A stretch of DNA of 64,000 nt from Naegleria gruberi (lineage: Eukaryota), in NCBI GenBank assembly GCA_000004985.1, contig GG738876.1; one strand, given 5' to 3'. The position numbers and the translations under genes are program-made. Positions 41,992 to 55,300 of the stretch are shown here, piece by piece. Each line of letters begins with the position of its first letter. The stretch's first letter is position 1. The notes below the pieces were generated by a model. The model worked only from the letters and a program-made list of their open reading frames with translations, was not told where the DNA came from and made no database searches.

Positions 41992-43323
41992 CTATTGGTA
42001 TGTCTCATCAATTGGTGAAATGCATGTTTCATGTTTCTTCCCAAACAAAAAACCAATTGTTTCAAAGACAGTCGCAAGAGTAACAGGTGCAAATGTGAAA
42101 TAAGAACAATGACCACAACCAAGTATTGCCAAACTGACACCTAAAGCAAAACGAGACAGTCCAAAAAAACCTACTTTAAGTTTCTCCTTAATATATAGGG
42201 CATTCACTTCCCAACTATCGGCCAATAGTGTGACTGCTATTGGAAGAGCACTCAAACATCCACCTCCCAATTTATAACACGACACTCCCAAGAATAGGGA
42301 TATTATATAATTTGATAGTAAGCTTTGGATAGTAACTGTTGGTGGCACAATCATTTTGAAAATCTTTTTCAACTCACTGATGCTTACAACTCCCAAATAA
42401 ATCCAAATTGGGAAGGAAAGATAATAATTGATCGTATTTACAAGTATATGGGAATAGCTCATCTCAATTCCAAGTATACTATACAGTAATGACTTTACAG
42501 AATACATTCCATATCCATTAAATAGTAGAATGAGTCCAGCAAATACAGGTATTGCCAAATTGGCAACGAATAAATTGACATCCTTATGAAATTTAGTGGT
42601 AAATCTATGAATATTCAATTTTCTCAATATTCCAATCCCTCTTAATAGTGAAAATGCTGTAAATCCACACCAAACACCTCCCAATAGAGTTTGCACGACG
42701 GCAAAGCAATACGGAATCCACCAAAACACTCCATTCCAATCTTTTTCACCAACCTGGTTACTGGAATACTGTCCAACACAAACCTGAGCAGCAATACTCA
42801 TCAATGTGAGTATCACACCAAACAGTACAGTTGGATCTCTCTTTGCCACACGTGCAATCAGCTCCTGAACTTTTCTATCAAAAGCAGAAAATTTAACATC
42901 CATTCTAGCAAAATAAAAAGCATTCACCAATTTCTCCTTTGAATTCAGTGCCATTCTACATTCCTCTCTCTTCTCCTCCTCACTTTTAATTTGCCTCTCT
43001 ATTATGGTGGCAGTGGAGGAGGAGGCGGTCCAGTAATCTCTCACCAAATCATAGATGGTTCCAAATGGTCGTTTTATCAATTTTTCAAATAAGAAACCCC
43101 TTCTCAAGTATTCACTTGTTTCAATCTTGATCATCTCGAATAGATTTATCGATTGATCATCATTTGTACTACTATTACTTGTATTGGAGAGAGAATTTTC
43201 AACAAGTTTTTCAAATCTCCGACAAGTATGAGATAATATGATTAAATCTCTTGGATTCCGAGAGGTAAAATTCAATATGGTGAGGAGCATTTCATCAGGC
43301 AATTCGAGTAGTGGTTGCTTCAT
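41992..43323 (-). CDS. F-box protein fused to a polytopic (about 8 TM) membrane domain
   Basis: N-terminal F-box LLELPDEMLLTILNFTSRNPRDLIILSHTCRRFEKLV; the C-terminal 300 aa contain multiple hydrophobic helices. Confidence 0.5.
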   Translation of the reverse strand: MKQPLLELPDEMLLTILNFTSRNPRDLIILSHTCRRFEKLVENSLSNTSNSSTNDDQSINLFEMIKIETSEYLRRGFLFEKLIKRPFGTIYDLVRDYWTASSSTATIIERQIKSEEEKREECRMALNSKEKLVNAFYFARMDVKFSAFDRKVQELIARVAKRDPTVLFGVILTLMSIAAQVCVGQYSSNQVGEKDWNGVFWWIPYCFAVVQTLLGGVWCGFTAFSLLRGIGILRKLNIHRFTTKFHKDVNLFVANLAIPVFAGLILLFNGYGMYSVKSLLYSILGIEMSYSHILVNTINYYLSFPIWIYLGVVSISELKKIFKMIVPPTVTIQSLLSNYIISLFLGVSCYKLGGGCLSALPIAVTLLADSWEVNALYIKEKLKVGFFGLSRFALGVSLAILGCGHCSYFTFAPVTLATVFETIGFLFGKKHETCISPIDETYQ

Positions 43324-43444
43324 TTTTTTTTGCTATTGTATGAACTTGTAAAGTTTACAATATTTTAAATATTTATTAAATATAATTAAATTCAATTATC
43401 CATATTAATACAAAAGAAATAATTTTTTAAATTAAAAAAAAAAA

Positions 43445-44275
43445 ATGGCCACACGTTCCGTGATGAAAATATTCATGAAGAGTTATATGCAATTTGCAAA
43501 TCGATACTATGTACCTTTCATGTTCAGGTTTGCATTGAAAAAGGCTTTGAAATTTGATCCGAATGTGATGAGTGGTCGACAATTATTGAAAGATATCAAG
43601 GATGAACAGGATATTTTGCTCCGATCACAAACTACAAGGAGTTTCATGGAGAAGGAAGCTCGTGAGAGGAATATGACTGATGATAGTTGGTTGCCTTTGG
43701 TTTGTCAATATATTGCATCGAATAAGGTGTTGGCTAGGGGGTTATTTGAAGGTGATGAAGCAAAAGCCATGTTGTATATTAATGATAGAGCTATTTCACC
43801 TCCTGTGGAAAGAATGATGCAATTGGTTTTGGGAAAAAAGAATCAGAAAGGTTTACTAGGTGGAATGTTATTTAGAAAGGATGAACAGAATGAAAATTCG
43901 GATGTTTTGGGAAATATGTGGACATTGATGTGTGTTACAAATGAAATGTTGCAATGTTGGATATTATCTCACGAAATTTATAATGAAATTTCTGAGCAGG
44001 ATGGTCATGTACATAGGGTATCTTCAATTAAGGTTCACGACTGTATGCTCAATAGATTTTTCAGAGAGCATGAGGCAACTCATTTGATGCCAGTAATTTG
44101 CTCTTTTGACTCTGTGTGGGCTAGGAATGCTTTTGAGAATACTGGATACAAATACAGAAGAAATCAAACACTCAGCTTGGGAGGAAATCATTGTGCGTTT
44201 GATTTTTCGAAAGGTTTCGAAGAGAATGAGAAGGATGTAGTATTGGATGAATTGGAAAAAATAAGAAAACAATAA
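43445..44275 (+). CDS. Hypothetical protein (276 aa)
   Basis: Clean ORF with ATG in an A-rich context; no domain recognised. Confidence 0.45.
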   Translation: MATRSVMKIFMKSYMQFANRYYVPFMFRFALKKALKFDPNVMSGRQLLKDIKDEQDILLRSQTTRSFMEKEARERNMTDDSWLPLVCQYIASNKVLARGLFEGDEAKAMLYINDRAISPPVERMMQLVLGKKNQKGLLGGMLFRKDEQNENSDVLGNMWTLMCVTNEMLQCWILSHEIYNEISEQDGHVHRVSSIKVHDCMLNRFFREHEATHLMPVICSFDSVWARNAFENTGYKYRRNQTLSLGGNHCAFDFSKGFEENEKDVVLDELEKIRKQ

Positions 44276-44287
44276 TGAAAATGACAA

Positions 44288-47200
44288 TTAATTTAATTTG
44301 TTCTTTTCCATTTCACTTTTAAGGATATTGGCCAACTTGTAAATATCAGGAAGTTGGAGATTTTGCTGTATCTCTTGAGGTATGTTTAGGGAGTAGTTGT
44401 CCTCGTGATTGTAAGAGTTGTTAAATAAATTATTTGGGTGTGACTGAAATTGAATACTTTCAAATAATTGGTTAGATCTTCTTTGCTTGAACAGTTCCAT
44501 TCTTTCAATAAGATAGGCATACTTATCATTTCCGTATCTATCTTTCCATGTATTTAGCGCATTAATATCCAAATCTATCATATCCAAGAGTTGCTGCTCG
44601 AATTGTGATATAACTTGTTTGTGAGCTAATGGATTTTGAATATCTTGTGCACTGAAAGTTGAACCAAAGTAATTTGAAAGCTCCAAAGTTTCTACAATGG
44701 AAGCAAATGGAAGTTGTGAAATTTCTGAAAGTGCCTCCAACAATTCTAAATGAACCTCAGCCGCACTCGCAACTGAATTCATCAAGTTTGGTTTCAACAA
44801 TTCAAAATTCTCAATAGTGGTACATTTTGTAACAACATTGGAGAGTTTTAAAATTTCAGAATTGAGAAAATGTAAAACTCCCTTATTTGTCATTGTGGAA
44901 TTAGGGGAGGAGTTCTTTTGGGTTGCTTTGGTCTTTCTGTATACTTCCTTAACAAGGAATAACTTGGTACCAAAGACAAACAAGTTGAAAATACACAAGG
45001 CCAATGGTAGCTGTAAATCATTGAATTTTCTTCTCTTTTCATGTTCTCTGTAAATCTTGGAGAGGTTATCGATTATTTCCATGTATGAGGATAGATTGTC
45101 TAGGGTTGGTTGTACCTCTGTTAACATGTGAAGTACATGCTTAGGGATTCTGCCTGTGATATATAAATGCATATCAGCCAAAATTTTACAAAAGTAAGAA
45201 CTGAAAGAATATCTCTTGAAATTGGATGAGTCCATCTTTACAAGTCCATCAGAGAGATGAAAAGTACCCTCTGGACTGACTTTACCCAACAGTGACAAGT
45301 CATTTGATGTTTCTGGTGATTTGATAGCAAATGGTGGATCGATACGTAACATGACAGGATATTGATCCTTGCCACATGCATCAAGAGTAATTCCACACAA
45401 AATTCTAAATTTGAGCAATTTAAAATCAGCCTCCTTTGGAAGTCTCTCATAAATGTGACGAGTAGGTGATGATTGAGTATTTCGAAGTAAGAGCTCAGTT
45501 GAATTAATTCCCAAATTTTGCATAATATTCTTAATATTAGGATCGTCAGCATGTTTGGTCATTAAATCCCTCAAAGAATTATCATTTGAATCTATTACAT
45601 ATTCTTCCAGTCTATCAAAGTCAATCTTGTGTCTATTTCCAAAGTAAAAATCAACAAAGTTCAAATAAAATTTTGCTGTATCAGAATCTCCCTTGCTTGC
45701 GCAATAAACAGACAAATGACAATATGTAGTAGCAACCAAAATATTTGACCAAGAATCAAAGAAATTAGCAAGGCAATTCTTTGCCTTTTGGAATGATAAA
45801 AATCCCTGTTGATCGTGTCCCAATGCCTGACAAGTTACAGCATGAATAGAGTATAACAGAGAAAGAATTTCAGGAGAGTAGTTTGAATTACTGTCAATAC
45901 TTTCGCTCTCAAATAAAGCTTGCTCTATTAAATTAATGTCTACAAGTGAATATCCTAGAGAAATTACTCCTTCATAAAGTTCAATAGTTTTCTTCCTATA
46001 AGCAGCAATATTCAATTTTTCAGCAATTTGATTTTGGAAAAATGGTAATTGTGAAGTGTTTGATAGCATTTCAGTCCAGTTAATTCCATGTTGATCCAAA
46101 TTATTTGAAAATCCCATTTGTGAGGCAAGAATTCGTTTAAGCTCATCTGTAAACTCTAAATGAACATCATTATTCTTACTTGTTTGTGGATATGGTTGAT
46201 ATCTAGAGTTATTGCTGTTGTTTGTAGTTGCTACCACTGTTGTTGATGAACTAGCTTTGGCTGATTTAGTATTTGATTGATTATTATGTCTTCCCTTCTT
46301 TTTTGGTGACCTGTAAAGACAATCAACACCTCTTTTTGTGCATTGCGAACAAGAAGGCCACATTTTATCACACTTTAAAGTAATAAATATTAATTTGTTG
46401 TTAAATTGTTATTCACTTACCTTTTTGTGCCTACTTCTGCAGTTAACACAAGCAATTGGGAAATACATCTTCTCAGGATCTTGATTCAACTCGAGTGAAC
46501 CAGGATGTGGCACGTGTTCATCTTGATTATTATCCATAGGCTTTTCTGTCAAACTTCCATTACTGCTGCTTGTAATCATTTGGTTATCATTTAAATTGGT
46601 AACATCCAAACTAGGGTTTTGGTTATTATTATTAAACATATTGGATGAATTAGATGTCGTTACTGTTGTTGGTTGAAGAGTGTTAATGATTTGTTGTAGT
46701 ATCTCATCGTTTGAATTATTCATATTTACTGTTGATACATTGTCGTTCGGTTTCATATAATTATTTACATCAGAAAGTAATAATTGTGTCATATTATCCA
46801 TATTATTGTTGTTATTCATATTATTGTAATTGTTATTATTATTATTAGAAGGGAAATATTGATTTGTTGATTGTAACAATTGGTTTAAATCGAGATTATT
46901 CAATAAATTATTATTAGTGGAGGGGTTTGGTTGATTAATGGCTTTAGGAGTTTGTAATCCCATCATTAAATTTTGAACAATACTTGATGAATCCATAGTA
47001 CGAGAATTTAATTGACCATTTGATGTTGATGATGGAATTAAGTTATTGTTACTACTTGAATATTCTCCACCATTTTGCTGTTGTTGTTGTTGAGAGAATA
47101 ACAAATTGATGAGCATATCCTGTTGATTGTTTGTTGTATTCATCATTGATTGTCCTCCAACAGTGTTATTATTATTGCTTTGATTTGTTTTAAAGGAGGA

Positions 47201-47623
47201 AGGAGTATTGCCGATGATGTTTTCCAATGATAATGCTCTATTCATAGAAGAGGAGGTTGCTGTTGGATTGTTTAGTTGTGTGGATGGAGATAGAAATTGT
47301 TGGTGTACACTCGACGATAGATTCAAAGTATTGGTGAGTTGGCTGTTCAATCCATGTGGTGGACTATTTTGGGTGTTCGTAAATTGTTGACTATTAATTA
47401 GGTTTTGGAGTTGCTGTTCGAGCAATAAATTTTTATTATTGTTATTACTCAAAGATCCATTATTATTATTATTCAACAGTGTCGTTGTTGTTGATATGGA
47501 CGAATTGTTTGTCGTGAGCATCTGTGATGATGAGGAATGCTGCAGCGATTGTTGCTGTTGTTGTCCAGAGTTTGATGGTTGTTGGTTTGTCCTCATTTTT
47601 TTTTGATGATGTGAAACAATCAT
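44288..47623 (-). CDS. Zn(2)Cys6 transcription factor with long N/Q/S-rich N-terminal region; 2 exons
   Basis: Track ORFs 46409..47623 and 44288..46363 are joined by a 68-nt intron (46430..46363; GTAAGT...CTTTAAAG) that lies inside the zinc cluster. The splice gives PIACVNCRSRHKK|CDKMWPSCSQCTKRGVDCLY, an exact CX2CX6CX6CX2CX6C. Confidence 0.8.
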
Positions 47624-47805
47624 GGAAAGGATAAACGTATTTTTGTGGCCAAATTTTCCAGTTTCTATTTTTTTCCTAGAACATATTGGGCATTACATAC
47701 TATTTGAAAACAAGTGGACACATAAAGAAAGTAAGGAACAAAGTTTGGTAAGGATCCTTCTGTGTAATGGAAGAAGAACTAAGCTGGTTGGCCCACTCTA
47801 TGTTA

Positions 47806-50000
47806 CTAACGAGTATGTAAAAATCTGTGAGGATGATTTCTCTTGGTTTCTTCATAAACTTCCAAACAAAATCCAACATGCATTTGAAGGTGAAGATATC
47901 TTCTGTGTAAAAGTGGTGACCTCTCTGTCATTTGTTTGAGGTTTCTCAGGTCTTGATAGAGATATTGAGCGAGCTCTTCTACGTAATCATACAATAAATT
48001 AATGCTTGGATCATTTAGTAGATTGGATAACACATCATAGTGAATCTTGGCAGCAACTTCAACTGAGTAAATAACAGGGAGTTGGCAATACTTGAAAAAT
48101 GGTAATTGGGTTACCTTGGTAATTTCATTGGCGGCAGAGGTTATATCTGCCGAAGAAGATATTCTGTACTTGTGTTGTTTGAATAGAATCAAAGCTTTAA
48201 CTCCAAGACAAACAACAAGGAATGTGTAGGTACGATCAGAATTCATACTTGAAAATACCTTCACAATCATGTCCAATTTTGTCATTATTTGTTGAACTGG
48301 TTCTTCCAAGCTGAAAAGTTGTGGCCTTCCAGAGTGGGACATAATAGATGACCTAAGTTGGTTGAATGTAGGACTGCTCACAGCAGTATTGAGACACGCA
48401 ATGTGCTTCTCAACAACAAATTTAGAATACTCATCAAAATCTAAAATGTCACCAAATGTCAAATTGTTGACAATTTTCTTATTAATTGCATCAATCTCAC
48501 TTTCCACAACATCTGTTAGTGAGGATAATTAGAAAATTAATAACCAAAATTTAACAACATACCACTCAAATAGAATAATTCTGAAACACATAGACCTTGT
48601 CTAATAAAACTACAATGTTCATCCATGTCCTTTTCTCTTTCTTTCAAATACCATGTGCAAATAGAATAGAAATATTTGGATCTTGCCACACAATCCAAAT
48701 AACATTTAGAGTTGGCTGCTTTTGAACATGCTGTGGCTGAAGAACATTTGGATGGACTTTTGCATTCAGCACTCAATAGATAGTATGCCATCAACGTGTA
48801 CGTATAAATGACAGAACTGTCATTGGTTTGATCGAAACACTTGGAAATGTGATCTCTTCCCTTCTCGAAAAATATTTTAGCAAATCCCATATTACCAATC
48901 CTGAAGAATGAAATAGCATGCATTAAAAACAAGAATGCCAGCTTGGAGTTTCCTAGGGGCTCTCTAGGGTCAATCTTGTCTTCCAGCTCGCTCTCTAGGT
49001 CAGTTTTTCCTGTAATAGAAACACTGAGCCAATACATTAATTCATCTCTGTTGGATGGTGGGACCATAGAATAGGAAAGACTCTTATACACATCTAATGA
49101 AATATTGTCAAAATATTTTCTATCAAGCTCAATTTGTCGTAAGTTATTGAGATAGGCTCTTTCATTGATATACCTTGATTCTCTTTTCACTGGAATTGGA
49201 ACTGATGGAGGTGATTCCTTCCTTTTGGATATTGTTTTGCTCTTTCTCTCAGTAATTACAGATGAGTCATCAACAAATTGATACTCTACAACACCTGTCA
49301 ATGAATTATTCGAATTTAGTATGGTTTTTGGACCTCTTTTTCTTGCTTGAGCATAAACACATTGCTTTTGTGAACGTAGACAATTGGAGCAACCAGGATA
49401 AGCCACACGGTCACACTTTTTGTGATTCAACTTGCAAAAGATACAAGCATTATTCATCAATACAACATCTACATTTGTTGATTGAGCTGTTATTGAATCT
49501 ATATTTGAAGGACTTGTTTTATCACATGAATTAGAGGCTTTAGAAGATGCTGTAAATGTTGATGAACTCTCGGATGAGTTGTGTACAAGTAAACCTGTAT
49601 TCAGCATTGTGAATGGAGTATTTACCTGTGTAAGATTGAAGAAGTGATCAGTTGTATTGTTGGTAGTGTTTGTTGGTAATGTTGGAGTCTTCTTCTTCGT
49701 ACTTACAAAGGCTGGATTGAAATTGTTTTCCATTTGATTATTACTCCTCATCACATCACTTGATGAAGTGGCTGATGAGGTTGCATGATGATTAGATTGT
49801 TGCGCCATCATTTGTGTGATGTTATTGTTGGAGAACATGTTTTGTGAATTAAATAAGAGGTTTGAGCCAACATTAGGAAGAGTCACCCTTTCGCTCTGAC
49901 CAGTCCAGGAATTTGTCTGTTGGCATGTTGACGAAGAAGGCTGCTGATGCAAGTTCAAATTAAATTGCTGATGTTGTTGTTGATGATGTTGCATTATCAA
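47806..50000 (-). CDS. Zn(2)Cys6 transcription factor; 2 exons
   Basis: ACIFCKLNHKKCDRVAYPGCSNCLRSQKQC zinc cluster after a poly-Q N-terminus. A 50-nt intron (48562..48513; GTATGT...CACTAACAG) joins ORF 48537..50000 in frame to ORF 47806..48507 (...ELFYLS|DVVESEIDAINKK...). Confidence 0.7.
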
Positions 50001-50557
50001 AGGCTTCCGAAATGTGTGTTGATAACGATGAAAAATCTAATGGTGAACACCTCCTAAAAGATATATTAACAAATCGCAAGATGCAGCTGTATGCAGATTC
50101 GCTTTTTTAGAGAGAGGTACAGCTGATGAGAGCAAGAGAGCTTGGAACTTGTATTTTTTTGTTGGAAATCGCCGTTACTCTCGTGGCCAGCAACTCCATG
50201 CTTTGTGTCAGATTGTATCTGAAAATTTCACTATTTTGGAGTTTGAAAGGTGAGATTCAATTTTTTTAAGAGATAAAACAGACGCTTCGTTAGGTTGAAA
50301 TACAATACTAAAAAAGATCTTTTTTTTTTATATAAAACAAAAACTTGGTGAACCGAGTTTTTGAATTATCGACAATTGTATTCAATGTTTGAATAGGAAT
50401 TAACTTTAACGTGAGATATTCCATATTGGAATCAAAGTTATGTTATTATTGGTGATCAAGCTCATTATGAAAAGAATTCTTAATTAGCAACCATTCCAAG
50501 CTAATAAGTTGCCAAGTTGTGATCGAAATTTAGGAGTTTATTGATTTTCGATATGAA

Positions 50558-50932
50558 TTACTTGTCAACTGACTTGGACATCTTTTTGAGAGTTTTCTTG
50601 AATGCTTTTGATGATTCATCCAAACATTGATTTGCTTTCTTTTCAGTTTCTGCATGAAGAATGCATTGTGCCATTGGTAAACTCAAAGCTGATTTACAAT
50701 AATCCAAACAGCTCTGTTGCCATTTCTTCATGGAATCTCCCGATTGTTCTTGAATGGCTTGATGAGATGATTTTTTAATATTTAAAATCTCCTCTCTGAG
50801 TGTTACTTGTTTGTTCTTATCATAGAGAAGGGGAACGAGATGAGAACAAACTGTTTCGCATTGATCTTGGTTGGTTCCTGTTCTTCTCAATTGCTCCTTC
50901 ACTTCTTTGGTGTTCTTTTTGTCTTTGCCCAT
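50558..50932 (-). CDS. Small hypothetical protein with paired CX3C motifs (possible mitochondrial IMS twin-Cx3C-type)
   Basis: 124-aa ORF; QDQCETVCSHL and QQSCLDYCKSAL CX3C pairs. Confidence 0.35.
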   Translation of the reverse strand: MGKDKKNTKEVKEQLRRTGTNQDQCETVCSHLVPLLYDKNKQVTLREEILNIKKSSHQAIQEQSGDSMKKWQQSCLDYCKSALSLPMAQCILHAETEKKANQCLDESSKAFKKTLKKMSKSVDK

Positions 50933-51077
50933 TTTTTTTTTGAAAAGATTGTTGTTTGAAGGGATCGTCCATTTTGGGTTTAACTTGATTTGTGTGTTTC
51001 GTATTTGTTGATTTACTTAATGAATTAAAAACCTTACATAGCATTTTCCAACAAGTATAAAGCTAAAAAATTACAAC

Positions 51078-51150
51078 CGCCCCACGTGGGGCTCGAACCC
51101 ACGACCGTTGGATTAAAAGTCCAACGCTCTACCGACTGAGCTAGCGGGGC
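51078..51150 (-). tRNA. tRNA-Lys (anticodon UUU), intronless
   Basis: Minus-strand read GCCCCGCTAGCTCAGTCGGTAGAGCGTTGGACTTTTAATCCAACGGTCGTGGGTTCGAGCCCCACGTGGGGCG. It has a 7-bp acceptor stem with one G-U pair, D-loop AGTCGGTAGA, anticodon loop CTTTTAA and T-loop GGTTCGAGCC. Confidence 0.9.
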
Positions 51151-51292
51151 TGCTCATGAGTAATGAAAATTAATGTTTCTTGAGGCTAATAACGAAACTA
51201 ACTCTGAATTATTACGTTGCAATTGGTTTGTTATGTCTGAAATTACAAATTATTGCTATTTGGTATCTTCATATGAATAATAGTTTGAAAAA

Positions 51293-51847
51293 ATGATGCG
51301 TAAAGCCACCGTGGAAACGGAACAACCTCTTCATGTACAAACTTTTGATAAAATAATAGAAGATGTGATGAGCAAGGAAGAAATTACTCTCCCAATCGGA
51401 TTGTGTATTGAAGATTTGGAAATTTTGTGTGAGGCAATTAGTAATGTTTCTACTCTCCGAAAATTGACCTTCATCGGAGAACTTTCTGGCATACAACAAC
51501 AAGAATCTAGTTTTGTTGATGAGGAACAATTTGAATTAATTTCAAAATCAATTTTAGGAGGAGCCAGTAGCTTGCAATCCATCGGGTTCTTGGCAATGCA
51601 CTTGAGAGATGATCATTTAAATTTCTTCTTGAATATTGCTAAAAGTTTGTCAGAAACTAGCTTGCCTGTTTCTTCATTGGAATCGATTGTTTTTTGTGGA
51701 AATGAATTTACTGCTGAAATGACAACAACAGCCACTTTGCAAATTAAAGAAATCTTTAAGAATGTTAAGGAAATACATATGGATGAAACAACAAGAGTGG
51801 ATGAATCTGCCTCTATTTCTCAACAAGTTTCAAACTTGGAGCTCTAA
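51293..51847 (+). CDS. Hypothetical protein (184 aa), weak LRR-like periodicity
   Basis: ORF only; no confident domain. Confidence 0.35.
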   Translation: MMRKATVETEQPLHVQTFDKIIEDVMSKEEITLPIGLCIEDLEILCEAISNVSTLRKLTFIGELSGIQQQESSFVDEEQFELISKSILGGASSLQSIGFLAMHLRDDHLNFFLNIAKSLSETSLPVSSLESIVFCGNEFTAEMTTTATLQIKEIFKNVKEIHMDETTRVDESASISQQVSNLEL

Positions 51848-52324
51848 TACATTTATATTCTTTAGTTCAAATTATAATACATGTTTCAAAAATTATGCAG
51901 ATTCTATTCCAACATGTTATGGAAATAACTCTTATTCTTGCTTCCTATCTATCTCTTTTCAAGGAGCTGGAAAGTTTTCATCTTTTGGATTACGATACAA
52001 CTCAAAGTTTAATCCATTCTAATTGGAATAATTCTAATCCTCACCAATAATCTGTAAAGACATTTTAAAGTGGTGTAAATAATTATTTGAAAAACTGATA
52101 ATACAATCACTTTCCAAAAACATCCTTACAATTCTTCCTTCCTTTCATGGCTTTCTTTTTAAATTACGAATGTTGACAACAGCAAACCCAAAAAAAACAA
52201 TCGTTCATTACGACGACAATTAATCATCTGTTTTCGTTCTGTGGAAGTGACATTGTTTTCCATCTTACCACACAATCCATTATTCAACAATTGTGTTCGA
52301 GGTGTCAACCACAAGTGTTGTTAG

Positions 52325-55300
52325 TTGACCATCATCATCAAAAGCATGGGCAACAAGGCCACAAAATTCGAACCAACTCCTAACAACAATCATCATGAGG
52401 AAACTCCACTATCTTCCCTAAGAAAATCCTCCACTACTACTAATAACAACAACAACTCAACCCGATCCTTTCGTTCCAACTTATCGAGAGCAAACACCAA
52501 TTCACTCTCAAGACCAGGAGGACTCACTTCAAGTCGTTCTCAGCCTACATTGGTTCGTTTCAGAGAGAATACTACTGATGATGAAGATAGCAGTGATGAG
52601 GATGAAGACAAAAACCGCCAAAATTCTGAAACTCTAAAAAGAAAAACACCAACAGGTTCATCGCCAGCGGCTGTTACTGATAATTCTTCTTCCTCTTCAC
52701 CATCAAGATCTTCCGTGTCTTCGCCAGCAGCTAGGAACAAACGACGTTCAATTTTATTGTTTTTAGGAAGGAATAATGAAGATGAACAACAACAGGAACA
52801 ACAACAAAATGGGATGCAATATTTGGGGAATGATATAGTGATGAGTGATAAGGTGATGGATAGGAGTACGGAATTGAATGAATCGTTTCTGAGGCAAATG
52901 AAGAGAAGAACATTGAATTTGGGTTCTGCATTGTTTAATAGAAAATTAGTTTCTAATAACTCACCATCTTCGAGCAGTGGTAGGTTACAATCACCTCTCA
53001 CAGCATTGAATAGTTCTACCGTTAGTGTGCTTGCACAAATGCCACTTTCGGATGATGATTCGGATATGGAGGAAGAAACTCCAAAAACACCAACAAATAA
53101 CAGATTATCACTTGTGATAGAGAATGTTCCTACAGTTTCAAGCCCAAATTCTTCTCCTACAACAAATACAATGAATTACAGTGGTGAACAATCAGTCATT
53201 TCCTCTCCTCTTAGTGGTCCAAATAACAAACAACTCAATTCACCTGGTAACAGAAAGAGTCAACTCTTACTCAACCTAGTTATGATGGGCAGAAAGAATG
53301 TGAAAAATGTGGAATCAGCATCTGAAAGTAGTGGAAATTTGAATCAGAAAACAGTTGTGGAGCTAATTCAAATGGAAAATGAAAACCTGTCAAGGACTCC
53401 ACCTTCTCCTTCTGGATCTTCAACAAATTCATCCACATCAATGAACTCTATCCAGATGACATTTAGTCAAGCACAATCGAACAACAAACTTCCATCTCCC
53501 ACTCCTTTGCATGCTACAACATCTAGCTCAAACCTTACAAGACAACATTCCCAGTTGTCCTCTCGAAGAAAGAGTATTGGTGCTTTTGTTTTTGAGCCAT
53601 TAAGATTCAACAAAATTTCCAATCATTCTATATCACCAAATACCAACAGTATCACTTCCTCTCCTAATATTAATAACAGTAATTCTAAAACTACAATTAC
53701 AAATGATGTATCCACTACTAACAGTCCTTTTAGTAATTCTTTACATACCTTACCAACAAGTACTACTCGTAACACTAGTCCTTCAACCTCTACATCTATC
53801 ATTTCTTCACCTAACATTGTCAAGAATACAAGTGCTAACAATCTATTGACAATCAATTTTCCAAGTCATGCAACATTGACACCTACAACATCTCAAAACT
53901 CTATTTCACCTTTATCTCCTAGGTCACCAAGATCACCAATCGATAGAACTCTTGGTGAATCAAGAATAGAGCTTAGAAAGAAAGTCTTCTCAGTTCGTCT
54001 TGAAAATAAGGAAGGATCCAATAATTCTCTCGTTTCACTTGCATTCAATGGAAAGGCAATAGACGAAACCAACCATTCGCATCATCATGAAGGTGTATCA
54101 GATCAGGAGGCTGCAGAAATTGATCATGCCAACCTGATAGATTACAAGTTCCACTTTTTATTTTCAATGAGTACAACTGAAGGACTAATTGATAAACAGT
54201 TGGACTTGGAGGATTTGGAAAATTCATCACTCTCTGGAACTATAGAGACCGACTCACACCGATTGAATCAGAGTATGATATTTCTCTCATCTGCCAGTAA
54301 CTTCCACGATAGGAATAGTAGAAAGGCCTCATACATCAAGGGATTGCAAACCATATTCGAGAAATTATACAAAACCCAAATGAATTTGAACGAGAGCCAT
54401 GTGGAAGATTATGAAATTCACCAACAAGACAGAGATACATTCAAGATGACTCTCATGTTAGGTATTCCTCACCTTGCCGACAAGATGATCAAATCAGAAT
54501 TGGATCAAGTTCTTCAATTTAATGGAGAATATGAAACCTATGTGGAGAAAAAGAGAAAGGAGAAGAGAGACCTAACTATTGCTTTACAAAAAATGGTGCC
54601 CAACACAACAGAATACGAGTTTACAAAGGGTAAAATTGATAACTTTTTAATTTTGAAGAGGGAAGAATTTTTCCTTGCTGGAAGTGATGTTGAATCTTCC
54701 AAGGTTTCTTCAAAAGACAACTCATCCAACAACTTACTAATTGACACTTCAAATGTTTTCAGAATTGATAGAATCGATTCGACATCTAACTTTATTTCTG
54801 AGAAGGAACGAGTTTTAATTGAGCAAGACCAAATCAAGCTCAAACATCCAATCAAATTATTTATCCTCTTTACAACTAACAATAACCAAATTACAAATGC
54901 TCCTAATGTTCCAGGAACATTTGTAAATTCTAAATTTTTCATCAAGTTGTTATCCAAGATTGGTAAGATTACTGGTCTTTTGCCACAGTTTGGATTTTTG
55001 CACATGTCTTTGATAGTATCATCAATGAGATTTGATTGGCTAGATAGTGAGCTGTGTGTTCCAAAGACCAAACTCAAGTCCATGAGGGCTATTGCTTGTG
55101 TGGAGGTTGGATCTGTTGACAACTTTTCAGATTTAAAGAAGGTGACCAAAATTATGGGCAGCAAAATTAGTTTCTGGAATAGAAATATTCACTATTGCAG
55201 AGGAATTGGATATCACTATAACACTAGTACAGTGGAAGAGAAGGCCAATCATCAAGGTAGTTGTCATCAATTTGTATTTGATCTGTTGGATTCTCTCAGT

